DNA from: Rhodopila sp.
Lineage (GTDB): Bacteria > Pseudomonadota > Alphaproteobacteria > Acetobacterales > Acetobacteraceae
DNA length: 56,907 nt
Reading direction: 5' to 3'
NCBI GenBank assembly: GCA_036398735.1
Contig: DASWON010000221.1
Location: 1-56,907, forward strand
The position numbers were made by a program, and so were the translations under genes. How positions within the stretch are numbered: the stretch's first letter is position 1; the number at the start of each line of letters is the position of its first letter. This document shows positions 19,502-29,888 of the stretch, piece by piece. The notes beneath the pieces were generated by a model, which saw only the letters and a list, made by a program, of their open reading frames with translations, searched no databases and was not told where the DNA came from.

Positions 19502-20071
19502 ATGTTCGATTTTGCCTGGTCGGAAATTGCCCTGATAGGAGCCGTCGCACTGATCGCGATCGGACCCAAGGACATGCCCGCGGCCATCCGCACCGTCTCG
19601 AGCATGATCAAGAAGGCGCGCCGGATGGCCGCCGAATTCCAGACCCATGTCGACGAGATGGTGCGCGAGGCCGACCTCGGGGACGTGAAGAAGGCGTTCA
19701 GCGACATCCGCAACCTGAACATCCCGAGCCTGCTGGAAAAGCACGTCGATCCGGACCGCTCGATCCGCGACACCTTCGCCGACGATCCGTTCAAGCCGAC
19801 CTATCCGACCGCTGCCGAAGTTTCGACGCTCGATGAGGTGGCGGTCAGTGACAAGGCGGCTCCGGATGCCCTGACGGAACAGGCGACCGAACCGGCAACC
19901 GACCAGGGGGCCTTGCCGGAGCCGTCGGCCGAACCGGAAAAGCCCCTGGCGCCGGCGTTCATTCCGCCGGGCCTGGTTCCGCCGCCGGAGACCAAGGCCG
20001 CCACTCTGCCGGCCGAGGCGCCGGCATTCATTCCTCCCGCGATCGTGCGGCAGCGCCAATCCAGGACGTAG
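19502..20071 (+). CDS. tatB: Twin-arginine translocase subunit TatB
   Basis: MFDFAWSEIALIGAVALIAIGPKDMP, Pro-rich tail, upstream of tatC. Confidence 0.92.
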   Translation: MFDFAWSEIALIGAVALIAIGPKDMPAAIRTVSSMIKKARRMAAEFQTHVDEMVREADLGDVKKAFSDIRNLNIPSLLEKHVDPDRSIRDTFADDPFKPTYPTAAEVSTLDEVAVSDKAAPDALTEQATEPATDQGALPEPSAEPEKPLAPAFIPPGLVPPPETKAATLPAEAPAFIPPAIVRQRQSRT

Positions 20072-20101
20072 CCGTCGCGCCTGACCACCGGAAAGCCTAA
20101 C

Positions 20102-20884
20102 GTGGCAAAACCAGCAGACGACCCGATTGACGACAAGCCGATGCCGCTGCTCGATCACCTGATCGAGTTGCGTCGTCGGCTGATCTGGTCCGCCGGCGGC
20201 TTTCTGGTGTGCTTCTTCGTCGCCTATTATTTTTCAAGCGATCTCTATTATTTTCTGGCGGCGCCATTGGCCGCGGTGCTGCGTGAACAGGGCAACCCGG
20301 ATCCGCATCTGATCTATACCCAGCTGTACGAGGCGTTTTTCACCAAGATCAAAGTCGCGTTCTTCGGCGGCGCCTTTGTCTCCTTCCCGCTGATCGCGGC
20401 GCAGATCTGGCTGTTCGTGGCACCTGGCCTGTACCGCAGCGAAAAGCGTGCCTTGCTGCCGTTCCTGGTCGCCACGCCGGTGCTGTTCCTGCTCGGGGCG
20501 GCGCTCGCTTACTATTTCGTGTTCCCGTTCGCGTGGCGCTTCTTCGCGAGCTTCCAGACCGCCAATGGCGGCGGCGGTGTGCCGATCGAACTGCTGCCCA
20601 AAGTCGGTGAATATCTCGATCTGGTGATGAAGCTGATCTTCGCGTTCGGCATCACCTTCCAGCTGCCGGTGGCGCTGACGCTGATCGCCAAGGTCGGGAT
20701 CGTCAGTTCCGCGCAACTGAAGAAATTCCGCCGCTACGCCTACGTCGGTATGTTCGTCATCGCCGCCATCCTGGCGCCCCCGGATGTCATCACGCAGACC
20801 GGCCTCGCTCTGCCATTGATCGCGCTGTACGAAATCTCCATTATTTCGGCCCGCTGGGTCGAGCCCAAGCCAGTCGAGGTCTGA
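20102..20884 (+). CDS. tatC: Twin-arginine translocase subunit TatC
   Basis: [21 protein letters not shown] and PPDVITQ motifs; multiple transmembrane helices. Confidence 0.95.
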   Translation: MAKPADDPIDDKPMPLLDHLIELRRRLIWSAGGFLVCFFVAYYFSSDLYYFLAAPLAAVLREQGNPDPHLIYTQLYEAFFTKIKVAFFGGAFVSFPLIAAQIWLFVAPGLYRSEKRALLPFLVATPVLFLLGAALAYYFVFPFAWRFFASFQTANGGGGVPIELLPKVGEYLDLVMKLIFAFGITFQLPVALTLIAKVGIVSSAQLKKFRRYAYVGMFVIAAILAPPDVITQTGLALPLIALYEISIISARWVEPKPVEV

Positions 20885-20888
20885 GTTC

Positions 20889-22163
20889 ATGCACGATATC
20901 CGTGCCGTACGATCCGATCCGGCGGCGTTCGACGCCGCGATGGCACGTCGCGGGCTGCCGCCGGTCTCGGCTGAGCTGATGGCCCTGGATGCGGAGCGTC
21001 GCGCCGCGCAGACCGCACTGCAGGAGAAGCAGGCGCGTCGCAATGCGCTGGCCCGGGAGATCGGCCAGGGCAAACGTGCCGGTGCCGACACCGCCCAGCT
21101 GGAGGCCGAGGCGACTGCGCTGCGCGACGCCATGGACAGTCTGGAAAAGCTGGTGCCGACCCTCGATGCGGGCATCCGGCGTATACTCGAAGGGCTGCCG
21201 AATGTTCTCGATGCCGCCGTCCCCGACGGCCCGGACGAGACCGCCAATGTGGTGCTGAAGCGGGTCGGCGAACCGCCTACGTTCGATTTCGCCCCCAAAC
21301 AGCACTTCGAACTCGGCGAGGCGCTCGGGATGATGGATTTCGCCACGGCGTCAAAGCTGGCCGGAGCCCGGTTCACCGTGCTGCGCGGCCCGCTTGCACG
21401 GATGGAGCGTGCCCTGGGCCAGTTCATGTTGGATCAGCACACGCAGGAGCGCGGTTATCTGGAGACCATCGTGCCCTCGCTGGTGAACGAGGCAACCGCC
21501 TACGGCACCGGGAACCTGCCGAAGTTTGAGGAAGACCTGTTCAAGACCACCGATGGGCGGTACCTGATCCCGACCGCCGAGGTGCCGCTGACCAATACCG
21601 TCGCGGGCGACATCGTGGCGGAAAAGCAGCTGCCGATGCGCCTGACCGCCCTGACCGACTGCTTTCGCAGTGAGGCGGGTTCGGCCGGGCGCGATACCCG
21701 CGGCATGCTGCGCCAGCACCAGTTCCGCAAGGTCGAGCTGGTTTGCATCGCGCATCCCGACAGCAGTGTCGATGAGCATGAGTGGATGACCCGGTCGGCC
21801 GAGATGATCCTGGAGAAGCTCGGGCTGGCCTACCGGCGAATGCTGTTGTCGTCGGGGGACACGGGATTCGCCTCGACCCGCACGCACGACCTGGAGGTAT
21901 GGCTGCCGGGTCAGCAGACCTACCGCGAGATCTCGTCGTGTTCGAACTGCCGGGATTTCCAGGCGCGGCGGATGAACGCGCGCTTCCGCGGCGGGACGGA
22001 CGGCAGAACGGTTGCCCATGTCCACACGCTGAACGGATCCGGCGTGGCGGTCGGACGCGCCTTGATCGCGGTCATGGAGAACTACCAGCAGGCAGACGGG
22101 TCGATCGTGGTCCCTGAGGTGCTGCGCCCCTACATGGGTGGGATGGAGCGGATCGCGGCGTAG
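20889..22163 (+). CDS. serS: Serine--tRNA ligase
   Basis: [37 protein letters not shown] and HTLNGSG motifs. Confidence 0.97.
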   Translation: MHDIRAVRSDPAAFDAAMARRGLPPVSAELMALDAERRAAQTALQEKQARRNALAREIGQGKRAGADTAQLEAEATALRDAMDSLEKLVPTLDAGIRRILEGLPNVLDAAVPDGPDETANVVLKRVGEPPTFDFAPKQHFELGEALGMMDFATASKLAGARFTVLRGPLARMERALGQFMLDQHTQERGYLETIVPSLVNEATAYGTGNLPKFEEDLFKTTDGRYLIPTAEVPLTNTVAGDIVAEKQLPMRLTALTDCFRSEAGSAGRDTRGMLRQHQFRKVELVCIAHPDSSVDEHEWMTRSAEMILEKLGLAYRRMLLSSGDTGFASTRTHDLEVWLPGQQTYREISSCSNCRDFQARRMNARFRGGTDGRTVAHVHTLNGSGVAVGRALIAVMENYQQADGSIVVPEVLRPYMGGMERIAA

Positions 22164-22241
22164 AGCCGTTTCGCGGTGACTTTGAACTATGTTGCTCGTG
22201 CCAGGTGCCACGGCCGGGCAAGCGAAGGGCTGATCTTGCCC

Positions 22242-22449
22242 CCCACGACCTGTGAGATCTGGAAGTCGAAGTCGTCGGTCACCGGGCCGGCGCCCGGTGA
22301 TGACACCCCGGAGCGGGGCCGGTACCGCCGCTTGCGTGCTAGCGCGCCCGGTGATGAACAGGGATTGGCCGGGACTCCCACGACTTGTGGGATCTGGAAG
22401 TGGAAGTCGTGGGTCACCGGGCCGGCGCCCGGTGATGACACCCCGGAGC
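22242..22449. repeat. Two direct ~73-bp copies of a REP-like palindromic element (22242-22314 and 22377-22449)
   Basis: CCCACGAC...GATCTGGAAGT.GAAGTCGT.GGTCACCGGGCCGGCGCCCGGTGATGACACCCCGGAGC occurs twice, 135 bp apart, each with an internal TCACCGGG/CCCGGTGA hairpin. Confidence 0.85.
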
Positions 22450-22685
22450 AGGCCGTCTCCCGCTCGTATATTCGGCAACTGTCCAGGTCACGGCGCATCA
22501 GCCCCCCGGCGCTGCGTCAGTAAACCTGGCGCTGGATCGCGAAGAATCAGTCGGTTCCTTGTCACGGTAAGGGCAGAGTCGGCCGCCGGAGGCCCCTGGG
22601 GGCACGCGGACGGCGAACCTTGCCCATTCGTGCTTGCAGACACTCGTCCCCGGTTCGCCCGGCAATTGGGTTCGGCCCCGACGCA

Positions 22686-23510
22686 CTACGCTCGGAGCCC
22701 GGCGATCGTCTCCAGTTGCCCGGGGTCACCAGCGGGAACCACCAACAGCGCGTCGTCGATGCCGAGGTCCTCCAGCCGGTTCAGCCGGTCCTTGGCCTCG
22801 CTCGGCGAGCAGAACAGCGAGATCTTCGGCACGTGCGCCATCGGCAGGCTGGCAGGTGGATCCCGGAAGTCGGTGAAGATGTTCGCCAGCACCGCCCGAG
22901 TGCCTCCGGCGTCGCGGAACATCTTCACGCCGATCGCCAGGTCCTCCCACGAAGTGTGGATCCCCGATGCGATCCAGCCTTGCAGCACCTTGGCCGAAAG
23001 GTTGATCCAGCGCTCGCTGCGCCAGGCGCCGAGCAGAACCGGAGGACCGCCCTCGGTTCCGGGCCAGACGGAGAGGGCAGGGCCGTAGACGGGCTCGCCG
23101 GCCCAGACCCGTCGCATGACCTCCAGATAGGCCGTGAGTGTTTTGAACCTGGCGTCGTAGTCCATCTGCACGGCGTCGAAGTCGTGTTTTGTTGACCCGC
23201 TGCCGACGCCGAAGCGAAACCGCCCCTTGGACAGCACGTTCAATGTCTGAACGCGGTGGGCATGCTCGACCGGGTGCCGCAGAGGCACCTGAACGACGCA
23301 GGTACCCAGTTCGATCCGCGTTGTCTGCGTCGCGAGGGCACCGAGGAGGACCAGAGGATCAAGCGTGGGCTTGCCGCGCGCGAAGGCATCGGTGACCCAT
23401 AAACCGTGAAAACCGAGTGCCTCCACCTGGCGCGCGACGGCGGAGACATCCTCGACCACACGTGGGCCGCTTTCTGCTGCGGATGGGATGGTAACGATAC
23501 CTATACGCAT
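22686..23510 (-). CDS. LLM-class (luciferase-like) flavin-dependent oxidoreductase
   Basis: MRIGI...EALGFHGLWVTD...DPLVLLGALATQTTRIELGT...LSKGRFRFGVGSG. Confidence 0.85.
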   Translation of the reverse strand: MRIGIVTIPSAAESGPRVVEDVSAVARQVEALGFHGLWVTDAFARGKPTLDPLVLLGALATQTTRIELGTCVVQVPLRHPVEHAHRVQTLNVLSKGRFRFGVGSGSTKHDFDAVQMDYDARFKTLTAYLEVMRRVWAGEPVYGPALSVWPGTEGGPPVLLGAWRSERWINLSAKVLQGWIASGIHTSWEDLAIGVKMFRDAGGTRAVLANIFTDFRDPPASLPMAHVPKISLFCSPSEAKDRLNRLEDLGIDDALLVVPAGDPGQLETIAGLRA

Positions 23511-23590
23511 GCTGCTTAATCCTTCTCTTGTCTGCTGAACCTGAGCGTTCGGTCTGCTGAGACTGAATGTCGACCGGTAAAGAGGAGTGG

Positions 23591-24388
23591 CTACCGGCCG
23601 TTGAACCTGGCTGGCCGCTTTTCCCGGAATGCGGCGACACCTTCCTCGAAGTCGCTGGTCATGCCGGCGCGCGACTGGAGTCTCGCCTCGAGATCGAGTT
23701 GATCGCTGTAGCTGTTCTCCATGGCCTGCCAGTACATCTGTCGGATCATACCAATTGATTTCGGACCGGCGGCTAGACCCTGTGCCAATTGCATCGCCCT
23801 CGGCATCAAATCGGCGTCGTCTTCCACGCGATTGATCAGGCCCCATGCCAGCGCGGTCTCCGCCGGCAGCCGTTCAGCCAGCAGCGACAGTTCCATCGCG
23901 CGGGCCATGCCGATCATCCGCGGCAGCAGCCAGGAAGACCCGCAGTCGGGCACCAGTCCGATGCGGGCGAACGCCTGCAGGAATGAGGCGGAGCGTGCGG
24001 CGACGCGGATATCACCCGAGAGGGCGAGACTCATGCCGGCGCCGGCGGCCATGCCGTTGATTGCCGTAACGACCGGGATGGGCAGGGCGCGCAGCCGCAT
24101 GAACATCGGGTTGTACCAGGCCTCGAGGTCGCTCTTCACCTCGCCGCGCGCTTCAGCGGCGCGGTCGCGGGGCGGTCGGTCGGGGTCGTTCAGATTGGCG
24201 CCGGAACAGAAGGCGCGGCCAGCGCCGGTGATCACCAGGCAACGCGCCGAACCGGTCTCGATGCGATCCATGGCAAGCGTCATGTCCTCGCGCAGCTTAT
24301 GTCCGAATGCATTGAGCACACCGGGGTCGTTCAGCGTCATCACGGCGACGTCGCCGTTCGTTTCGAGAAGTATCCTGCCGTGCTTCAT
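23591..24388 (-). CDS. Enoyl-CoA hydratase/isomerase (PaaG-like)
   Basis: ITGAGRAFCSGA, NGMAAGAG, FARIGLVPDCG and EGVAAFREKR motifs. Confidence 0.88.
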   Translation of the reverse strand: MKHGRILLETNGDVAVMTLNDPGVLNAFGHKLREDMTLAMDRIETGSARCLVITGAGRAFCSGANLNDPDRPPRDRAAEARGEVKSDLEAWYNPMFMRLRALPIPVVTAINGMAAGAGMSLALSGDIRVAARSASFLQAFARIGLVPDCGSSWLLPRMIGMARAMELSLLAERLPAETALAWGLINRVEDDADLMPRAMQLAQGLAAGPKSIGMIRQMYWQAMENSYSDQLDLEARLQSRAGMTSDFEEGVAAFREKRPARFNGR

Positions 24389-24923
24389 GATGCCCTTCCT
24401 CCGGCCGATCAACGGTCGGCTCATCGCAACTCAGGCTAGCAGCAATATCGACGAAGACCAGAGGAGCACCGGGAGGCTGGATCGGACTCGCGCCAATGGA
24501 CCAGCCAGACTATCCGGATCGAGTCGTTCACGAGAGGACCGACCATGGTCGAGAGGGTCGGGTCCAGCCAGTGAACATTTGATGCTTCAGTTGATACGAA
24601 TGTTCCCTGTATTCAACGGGGCTGAAAATACGGATTTGCCAATTTTGACACGCGGTGGTCGGGCATTTTGTAGTGGCGGCACGTCCGCGATGCTCATCAA
24701 GCTCGGTGGATCCTGACGTGCGGTCCATCCACGGCGACAGGGTGTCACCGCTGCAAGCGCCTGTCGCAGCCAGTCGATCGAATACCGCCGGCCTGTAGAG
24801 GCAGGACATCGTTGGCCGCGGCGGACGGATCGCTCGCGCGACTCGGACTCAGGGAAAGATCTGGAGCATTGCCGGTTTGATTGGCTCGGCCATTTGTCGT
24901 GCCAATGTCGTTGCCGGGGCGGT

Positions 24924-24967
24924 ATTTCAGCGTCAGGAAAGCATGATTTCAGCATCAGGAAAGCAAG
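24924..24967. repeat. 22-bp tandem direct repeat, two copies
   Basis: ATTTCAGCGTCAGGAAAGCATG followed by ATTTCAGCATCAGGAAAGCAAG. Confidence 0.7.
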
Positions 24968-25515
24968 GGCGCAGGATTTAGTCTGATCGTGCTGAGATCA
25001 GTCTGCGGTTGGTGCCACGAGGCCGTTGAGTACGGAAATTGCCATCTGTCATGCCGCGCCCGGCGACGTCTATGACTTTCGATGCGGGTGACTGTCGCAA
25101 CACGCGACGAGTGAGCATGCAATCGTCACTTTCCGCGGTCAAGAGCGCTTCCCGTTACTCGAATCGTTACGCATCTGCCGTTGCGTTTCCGGTGAGCGCC
25201 GATTCAGGTGATCGCGTTGAAATTTTGCGGGAGTCTGAGCTGAGGACCCGTTATCATGCACAGCCGCGAGGCTTCATTGGGCGGCGGGACCGCAGGTAGC
25301 TTTGGGAAGTCTCTGATACAGTGGAGGAAGTGATCCTCAGCGGAAGGCGAATGGCCGCGTCGTCGGTTCATATACTGACGTCGGGCGATGGTGGATTCAG
25401 GAACGGGAGGAAGCTGGGAAAGCGTTCCTCCGTCCACAGTTCTGCCTTATTCAGGCATGATACTCCATGTGACTGACTAACCCGCGCCAGAAGGGCAATT
25501 TATAGCAGATGCGCT

Positions 25516-25962
25516 TTATGCACGGGCGCCGGTCTTGCGGCCCGCTTTACGGCTGGCCTTTTTTGGCGGAGGAGCAACGGTCCGGCTGCGTCCGAGCCCC
25601 ATCTTCTTGGCCAGAGTAGACCGCGTCTCTGCGTAATTCGGCGCGACCATTGGGTAACTTGATGGCAGGCCCCACTTTGCGCGGTACTGGTCGACCGTAA
25701 GGTTATGTTCGGTCATGAGGTGCCGTTTCAGCATCGTCATCTGCTTGCCGTCTTCAAGGCAGACAATGTAATCCGGAAACACCGACTTGGTCACCGCGAC
25801 CGCGGGTTTGGCGGCCTCAACCGGGGCGGCTGCTTCACCCACACTCGACAAGGTCTTGTACACCTCTCGAATCAGGCCCGGTAAGTCCTCGACGGACACC
25901 GTATTTTTCGTCACGTGAGCGCTTACGATCTGGGCCGTCAAGCCCAACACATCTTCTGGCAT
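25516..25962 (-). CDS. mucR: MucR/Ros family zinc-finger regulator
   Basis: LTAQIVSAHV...IVCLEDGKQMTMLKRHL...YRAKWGLPSSYPMVAPNY. Confidence 0.9.
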   Translation of the reverse strand: MPEDVLGLTAQIVSAHVTKNTVSVEDLPGLIREVYKTLSSVGEAAAPVEAAKPAVAVTKSVFPDYIVCLEDGKQMTMLKRHLMTEHNLTVDQYRAKWGLPSSYPMVAPNYAETRSTLAKKMGLGRSRTVAPPPKKASRKAGRKTGARA

Positions 25963-26133
25963 CTATTTCTTTCCTGCAACCCAGCGCAAGCGATATAGGG
26001 TAGTTCGGCCAATAGCGCCATAGTCCTTTCGATAAAATTTGCTATAGATTGCCTGCTGGCCAAGCCGAGCCGATCTGATATCGACCTGCTTCGGCAGCAT
26101 TATCGCGTGGAAAATGCACAAAAGGGAGGTCTT

Positions 26134-26919
26134 ATGGAACTGCTGCTCGGCGGAAAAGTTGCACTGGTAACCGGTGCCAATCGCGGCATCGGCGCTGCAA
26201 TCGCAAGCGAACTGGCCAAAGAGGGTATGCATCTTTGCCTCGTGGCCCGCGATTCGGGGAAGCTGAAAGAGGTTGCTGATGGCCTCACGAAAAGTGCGAA
26301 TATCACTGTGCAAGTGCTGTCGGCTGATCTGCGCGATCCGGCCGCACCGGAGCAGGCCATTGCTGCGGCAATCAGGCAATTCGGCCGACTCGATCTATTG
26401 GTCAACAATGCGGGCGCGACGCGTCGGGCGGATTTCTTTGATTTGACAGAAGAAGACTGGCAGGACGGGTTTGCGTTGAAGTTTCACGGCTATGTGAGGA
26501 TGACCCGTGCCGCCTGGCCGCATCTTCGTCAGCAGGCCGGCGGTATCATCAATATTGTGGGCATCGGTTCTCGAACCGGCTCCGCCGAATTCACCATTGG
26601 CGGCTCTGTGAACGTGGCTTTGTTGAACTTTACCAAGGCAATGGCCGATGTTGGCATCACACAGGGCGTACGGGTGAATGCAATCAACCCAGGACTGATC
26701 GAAACAGACCGTTTCACCCGCAATGTAGAGCGAGTGATGCGGGAAAATGATCTCACCCGCGTTGAGGCCGTGGCATTCCTGCTGGCCTCACACGGCACCA
26801 GCAGGGTCGGAAAACCCGAGGAAATCGGTCATCTTGTCGCCTATCTTGCATCCACAAAGGCCGATTTCATTCAGGGTTGCATCATAGATATTGACGGGGG
26901 CGCGACACGTTCACTGTAA
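26134..26919 (+). CDS. Short-chain dehydrogenase/reductase (atypical active site)
   Basis: VTGANRGIG, LVNNAG, VRVNAINPG and IDIDGG motifs; RBS GGAGG; no YxxxK. Confidence 0.88.
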   Translation: MELLLGGKVALVTGANRGIGAAIASELAKEGMHLCLVARDSGKLKEVADGLTKSANITVQVLSADLRDPAAPEQAIAAAIRQFGRLDLLVNNAGATRRADFFDLTEEDWQDGFALKFHGYVRMTRAAWPHLRQQAGGIINIVGIGSRTGSAEFTIGGSVNVALLNFTKAMADVGITQGVRVNAINPGLIETDRFTRNVERVMRENDLTRVEAVAFLLASHGTSRVGKPEEIGHLVAYLASTKADFIQGCIIDIDGGATRSL

Positions 26920-27049
26920 ATAAGCGAATTCTATAGACGCCTAGTCTCTTTAGAAAGACAGAAGGACCACATGCAGCCGCGCATGAGGATGTATAAGCGG
27001 TTGGCTGCATGCAGAGCGGGTTGAGTACAGTGAAATGCCCGGAAAGGTG

Positions 27050-28171
27050 CAGAGGGAGGCAGGTCGATCGCTTCCGGTCTTCTTGGCCGCATGCTCCGCG
27101 TTGTACGGCGTCCAGACTTCGGACGTCGTACGATGGTTTACGAGGAAGGCGGCGGCCATGTCGGTTGGCGGCAGCCGCAATGCCCGCTCCTGCATGCAGT
27201 CGACATCAGCTGTCTGGCGGCGAGTATCTACAGGTTCAACGACACGCATGCAAAAGCGGTCGTCCACGGCGGTGGCAGGGTCGCCACTGCCGCGTTATCA
27301 CTCGTCAAATGCAGGTCACCGTGCCGCAAGACACCGCGCACGGCTCCGCCCTCGGCGTGGCGTCGGAATGCATCTCCATAGGGTGCTGACGGTCCGCCGT
27401 CGCCGGGATCCGTAACGTAGTCGGCGGCCGGCGCCAATGCCGATGTGCCGATGCCGATGCGCCGATGCGGTCGTCTTTGCTGGCAGCTGTTCGGGCGCGA
27501 AGTGCCCTCGGCGCACACGCTGATCGGCATCGCGCTGGCACAGACGGCCGGGGGCGGCGGGCCGCTGTACAAGCCTGTATGCCCGCTGATGCCGGTTCGG
27601 ATGAGAGTGCGAGTGTCCATGCTGGCGGCTGACGGAGTGACCAACTTCTTTGCCGTGGTGCAAGAACATCATCGTATGTGGGGTGTTCCCGGAGCAGACC
27701 GATCGGGCGCGCGCAGACCGCCGAACCGGGCGAGCGGCGCGAAATCCTCTGCAATACCTACTACCGTACTCACGGACACCGTTACGCATCCGATCAGTGG
27801 TGCTACGTCCTGATCGACGGTGCCGGCCACCGGTATTCCAAAAGACCGGTGCAGCCGGTTCGTCTTCAGCACGGTGGCCGCCTAGATGAATTGTCCCAAC
27901 AGCATGCACTCCGCCGTCGGAATGCGCAGCCCGCATGGCAGCCGACAGGGCGTGGCGGTGATCTGATGGCAGACCTTCTATCCGATCGCCAGAACAGCGT
28001 GAGGCGCGACGCGGCCCGGCCGCGTGAATCGGATGTTGTATAGCAAGACCGACCTGCCGCGCCGCACCGATGATGCGCGACCCGGCGTCCCTGCGCGAAC
28101 ATTCGTCGTGCCGTGGATCTACCCCCGACGAACTTTCGATCCAGGAAGGACGCAAGCCAGCCATTGTTCAC
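27050..28171 (-). pseudogene. Possible heavily degraded LysR-type regulator
   Basis: Fragments in changing frames occur in LysR order: LTLFWRSDRR; GCVTVSVSTVVG..FAPLARF; LIRTGISGHTGL..VCAS; LTSDNAA; LPPTDMAAAF. The resemblance is by eye only. Confidence 0.25.
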
Positions 28172-28530
28172 GAGCTTGGTCGGTGGCTCTGAATTCCGTT
28201 TTCGCGCGGATCCACGGCATCGCGGACTGCAGAACCAGTAGACCAGACCGTCTCGTGCCGGCCAGCCGAATTGCTGGCTGTTCCGTGACGGACGAGCCGG
28301 GCTGGTCTCTCATGGATTGCGCGCGCCGCGACCACACCAACCTACGCGCGCCAGCCAGCGGCAACGCTGACTGGCATTATGCGCCGGAACGACCATTGAA
28401 GGGCAGGTAGCTGCTACGCCAGGGTTTCCTGGCGCAGGGCCGCGGCAGAAAATGCCGCCGGCCGATTGCCTATAATGCAGTGAAGACGCTCTTGTGACGG
28501 TGCTCCCGAGGCGTCCTCTGAACAAGCAGG

Positions 28531-29547
28531 TCAACTGCCGTCCTTCGCCGCCATGTTCTCCCAGAACAGGTCCTTCCAGCTCGTGGCCTTGTTCTTCAGC
28601 GTGCCGACGTCGTGCATGAAGTCCGCATGCACCTGCATACCGCGCGGGGTAGCGCTGTAACGGACGCGCGCCGGGTCACGGATCATTTGCTCGATCCAGT
28701 CCACGCCCTCCTTGCGTGGCTCGCGCGCGACATAGATTTCCGCCGCTTCGTGCGGGTGGGCATTGATCCAGTCGATGGCATCCTCGAAGGCCTGGGCCGT
28801 CGCGGCATAGAGCTTCGGGTTTGGATCATGGAAGCGCGCGGACGCGTATACCACCACCGACGTCGCTCCCGGTTCCATCACGTCGTCTGAGCTCATCACG
28901 AGGTGTGCTTTGCCCGACTCCAGTTCCGCGACTGAGAATGGAATGATCGTCGCGTGATTGCGCACTTCACTCAGGCCGCCGAGCAGGGCCGCCTGGCCGT
29001 CCGGATTGGACATGGCGACGGTCAGGGGATCGAGCCGAAAGCGCTGATCCCAACCCCAAGCCTTGGCGGCAGCCATCTGCAGCGTGATCGCCTGGTCGGT
29101 GACCTTGATTGCGCTCACAGCAATACGGTCCTTGTCGGTGAAGTCCTTCAGGCTATGGATGCGCGGATCGGTGCTGGTGACGAACATCGGCGAACTGCAC
29201 AGTGGCAGCATGCCGCGCACCTTCTGTGCGCCTCGTGTCTTGTCCCAGAGCGTGAGCGCCGGTCCAAACCCGCCCATCGCCAGATCGGCGTCTCCGGCCA
29301 GGATCATATCGCTTCCCGCCGGTCCGCTGGCGAGCCGGGTCAGCGTCACCTTGATCGGCCCCAGACCTGCTGCTGCGGCTCTCTCCTCGATCATGTGGTG
29401 ATCGACCGCCACGTAACTGGGCAAGTAGAGCAACCCGTAAGGCTGAGCGATGCGTACCGTGTCGGCCTCGGCTCTAGCCCGGTGCAGCGGCAGCGCCGCC
29501 ACCAGCAGCGGGACCAGCGCAAGGCTTGACCATTTCCACGCGGACAT
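28531..29547 (-). CDS. ABC transporter substrate-binding protein, NitT/TauT (NMT1-like) family; orphan
   Basis: Signal peptide (...ARAEA), VRIAQPYGLLYLP, IHSLKDF and AIDWINAHPHEAAEI motifs. Confidence 0.85.
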   Translation of the reverse strand: MSAWKWSSLALVPLLVAALPLHRARAEADTVRIAQPYGLLYLPSYVAVDHHMIEERAAAAGLGPIKVTLTRLASGPAGSDMILAGDADLAMGGFGPALTLWDKTRGAQKVRGMLPLCSSPMFVTSTDPRIHSLKDFTDKDRIAVSAIKVTDQAITLQMAAAKAWGWDQRFRLDPLTVAMSNPDGQAALLGGLSEVRNHATIIPFSVAELESGKAHLVMSSDDVMEPGATSVVVYASARFHDPNPKLYAATAQAFEDAIDWINAHPHEAAEIYVAREPRKEGVDWIEQMIRDPARVRYSATPRGMQVHADFMHDVGTLKNKATSWKDLFWENMAAKDGS

Positions 29548-29873
29548 CTTGTTTCCTCATCGTTCTTGCGGATCCGGGATACCGGACGGGCACCGGCCTC
29601 GCAACCGGAGGGCCCACCTTGCCGGACGGTCGGTAGCGGCGGCGCCACGCCCGCGATGCCGTGACGCGCCGCCCAGGCGTAAGGCTGGCCATTGCCTGAA
29701 CCAAGGCAACCGGCAGAGCCCCTCGGTGTAGCCGGCGCCGCCGGTGCGGTACTGGCGGTGCGCGCGGTCGCTGTTCCGTGCCGTGATTCTCAAGCCCAGG
29801 AGCGAGGCTGCGGCAGCCGCGGTTGGAGAGAGCCCAGCGCATGTCACAGGGGATGTGAAACTAACGGGCGATA

Positions 29874-29888
29874 ATATTGCGGCAATAT
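29874..29888. promoter_or_regulatory. Perfect 7-1-7 palindrome; candidate operator
   Basis: ATATTGC-G-GCAATAT in an AT-rich patch upstream of the binding-protein gene. Confidence 0.35.

Noticed and set aside
27678-28043. 121-aa plus-strand ORF with an aromatic-rich stretch
   Set aside because: No RBS or family motif, and it overlaps the possible minus-strand relic.
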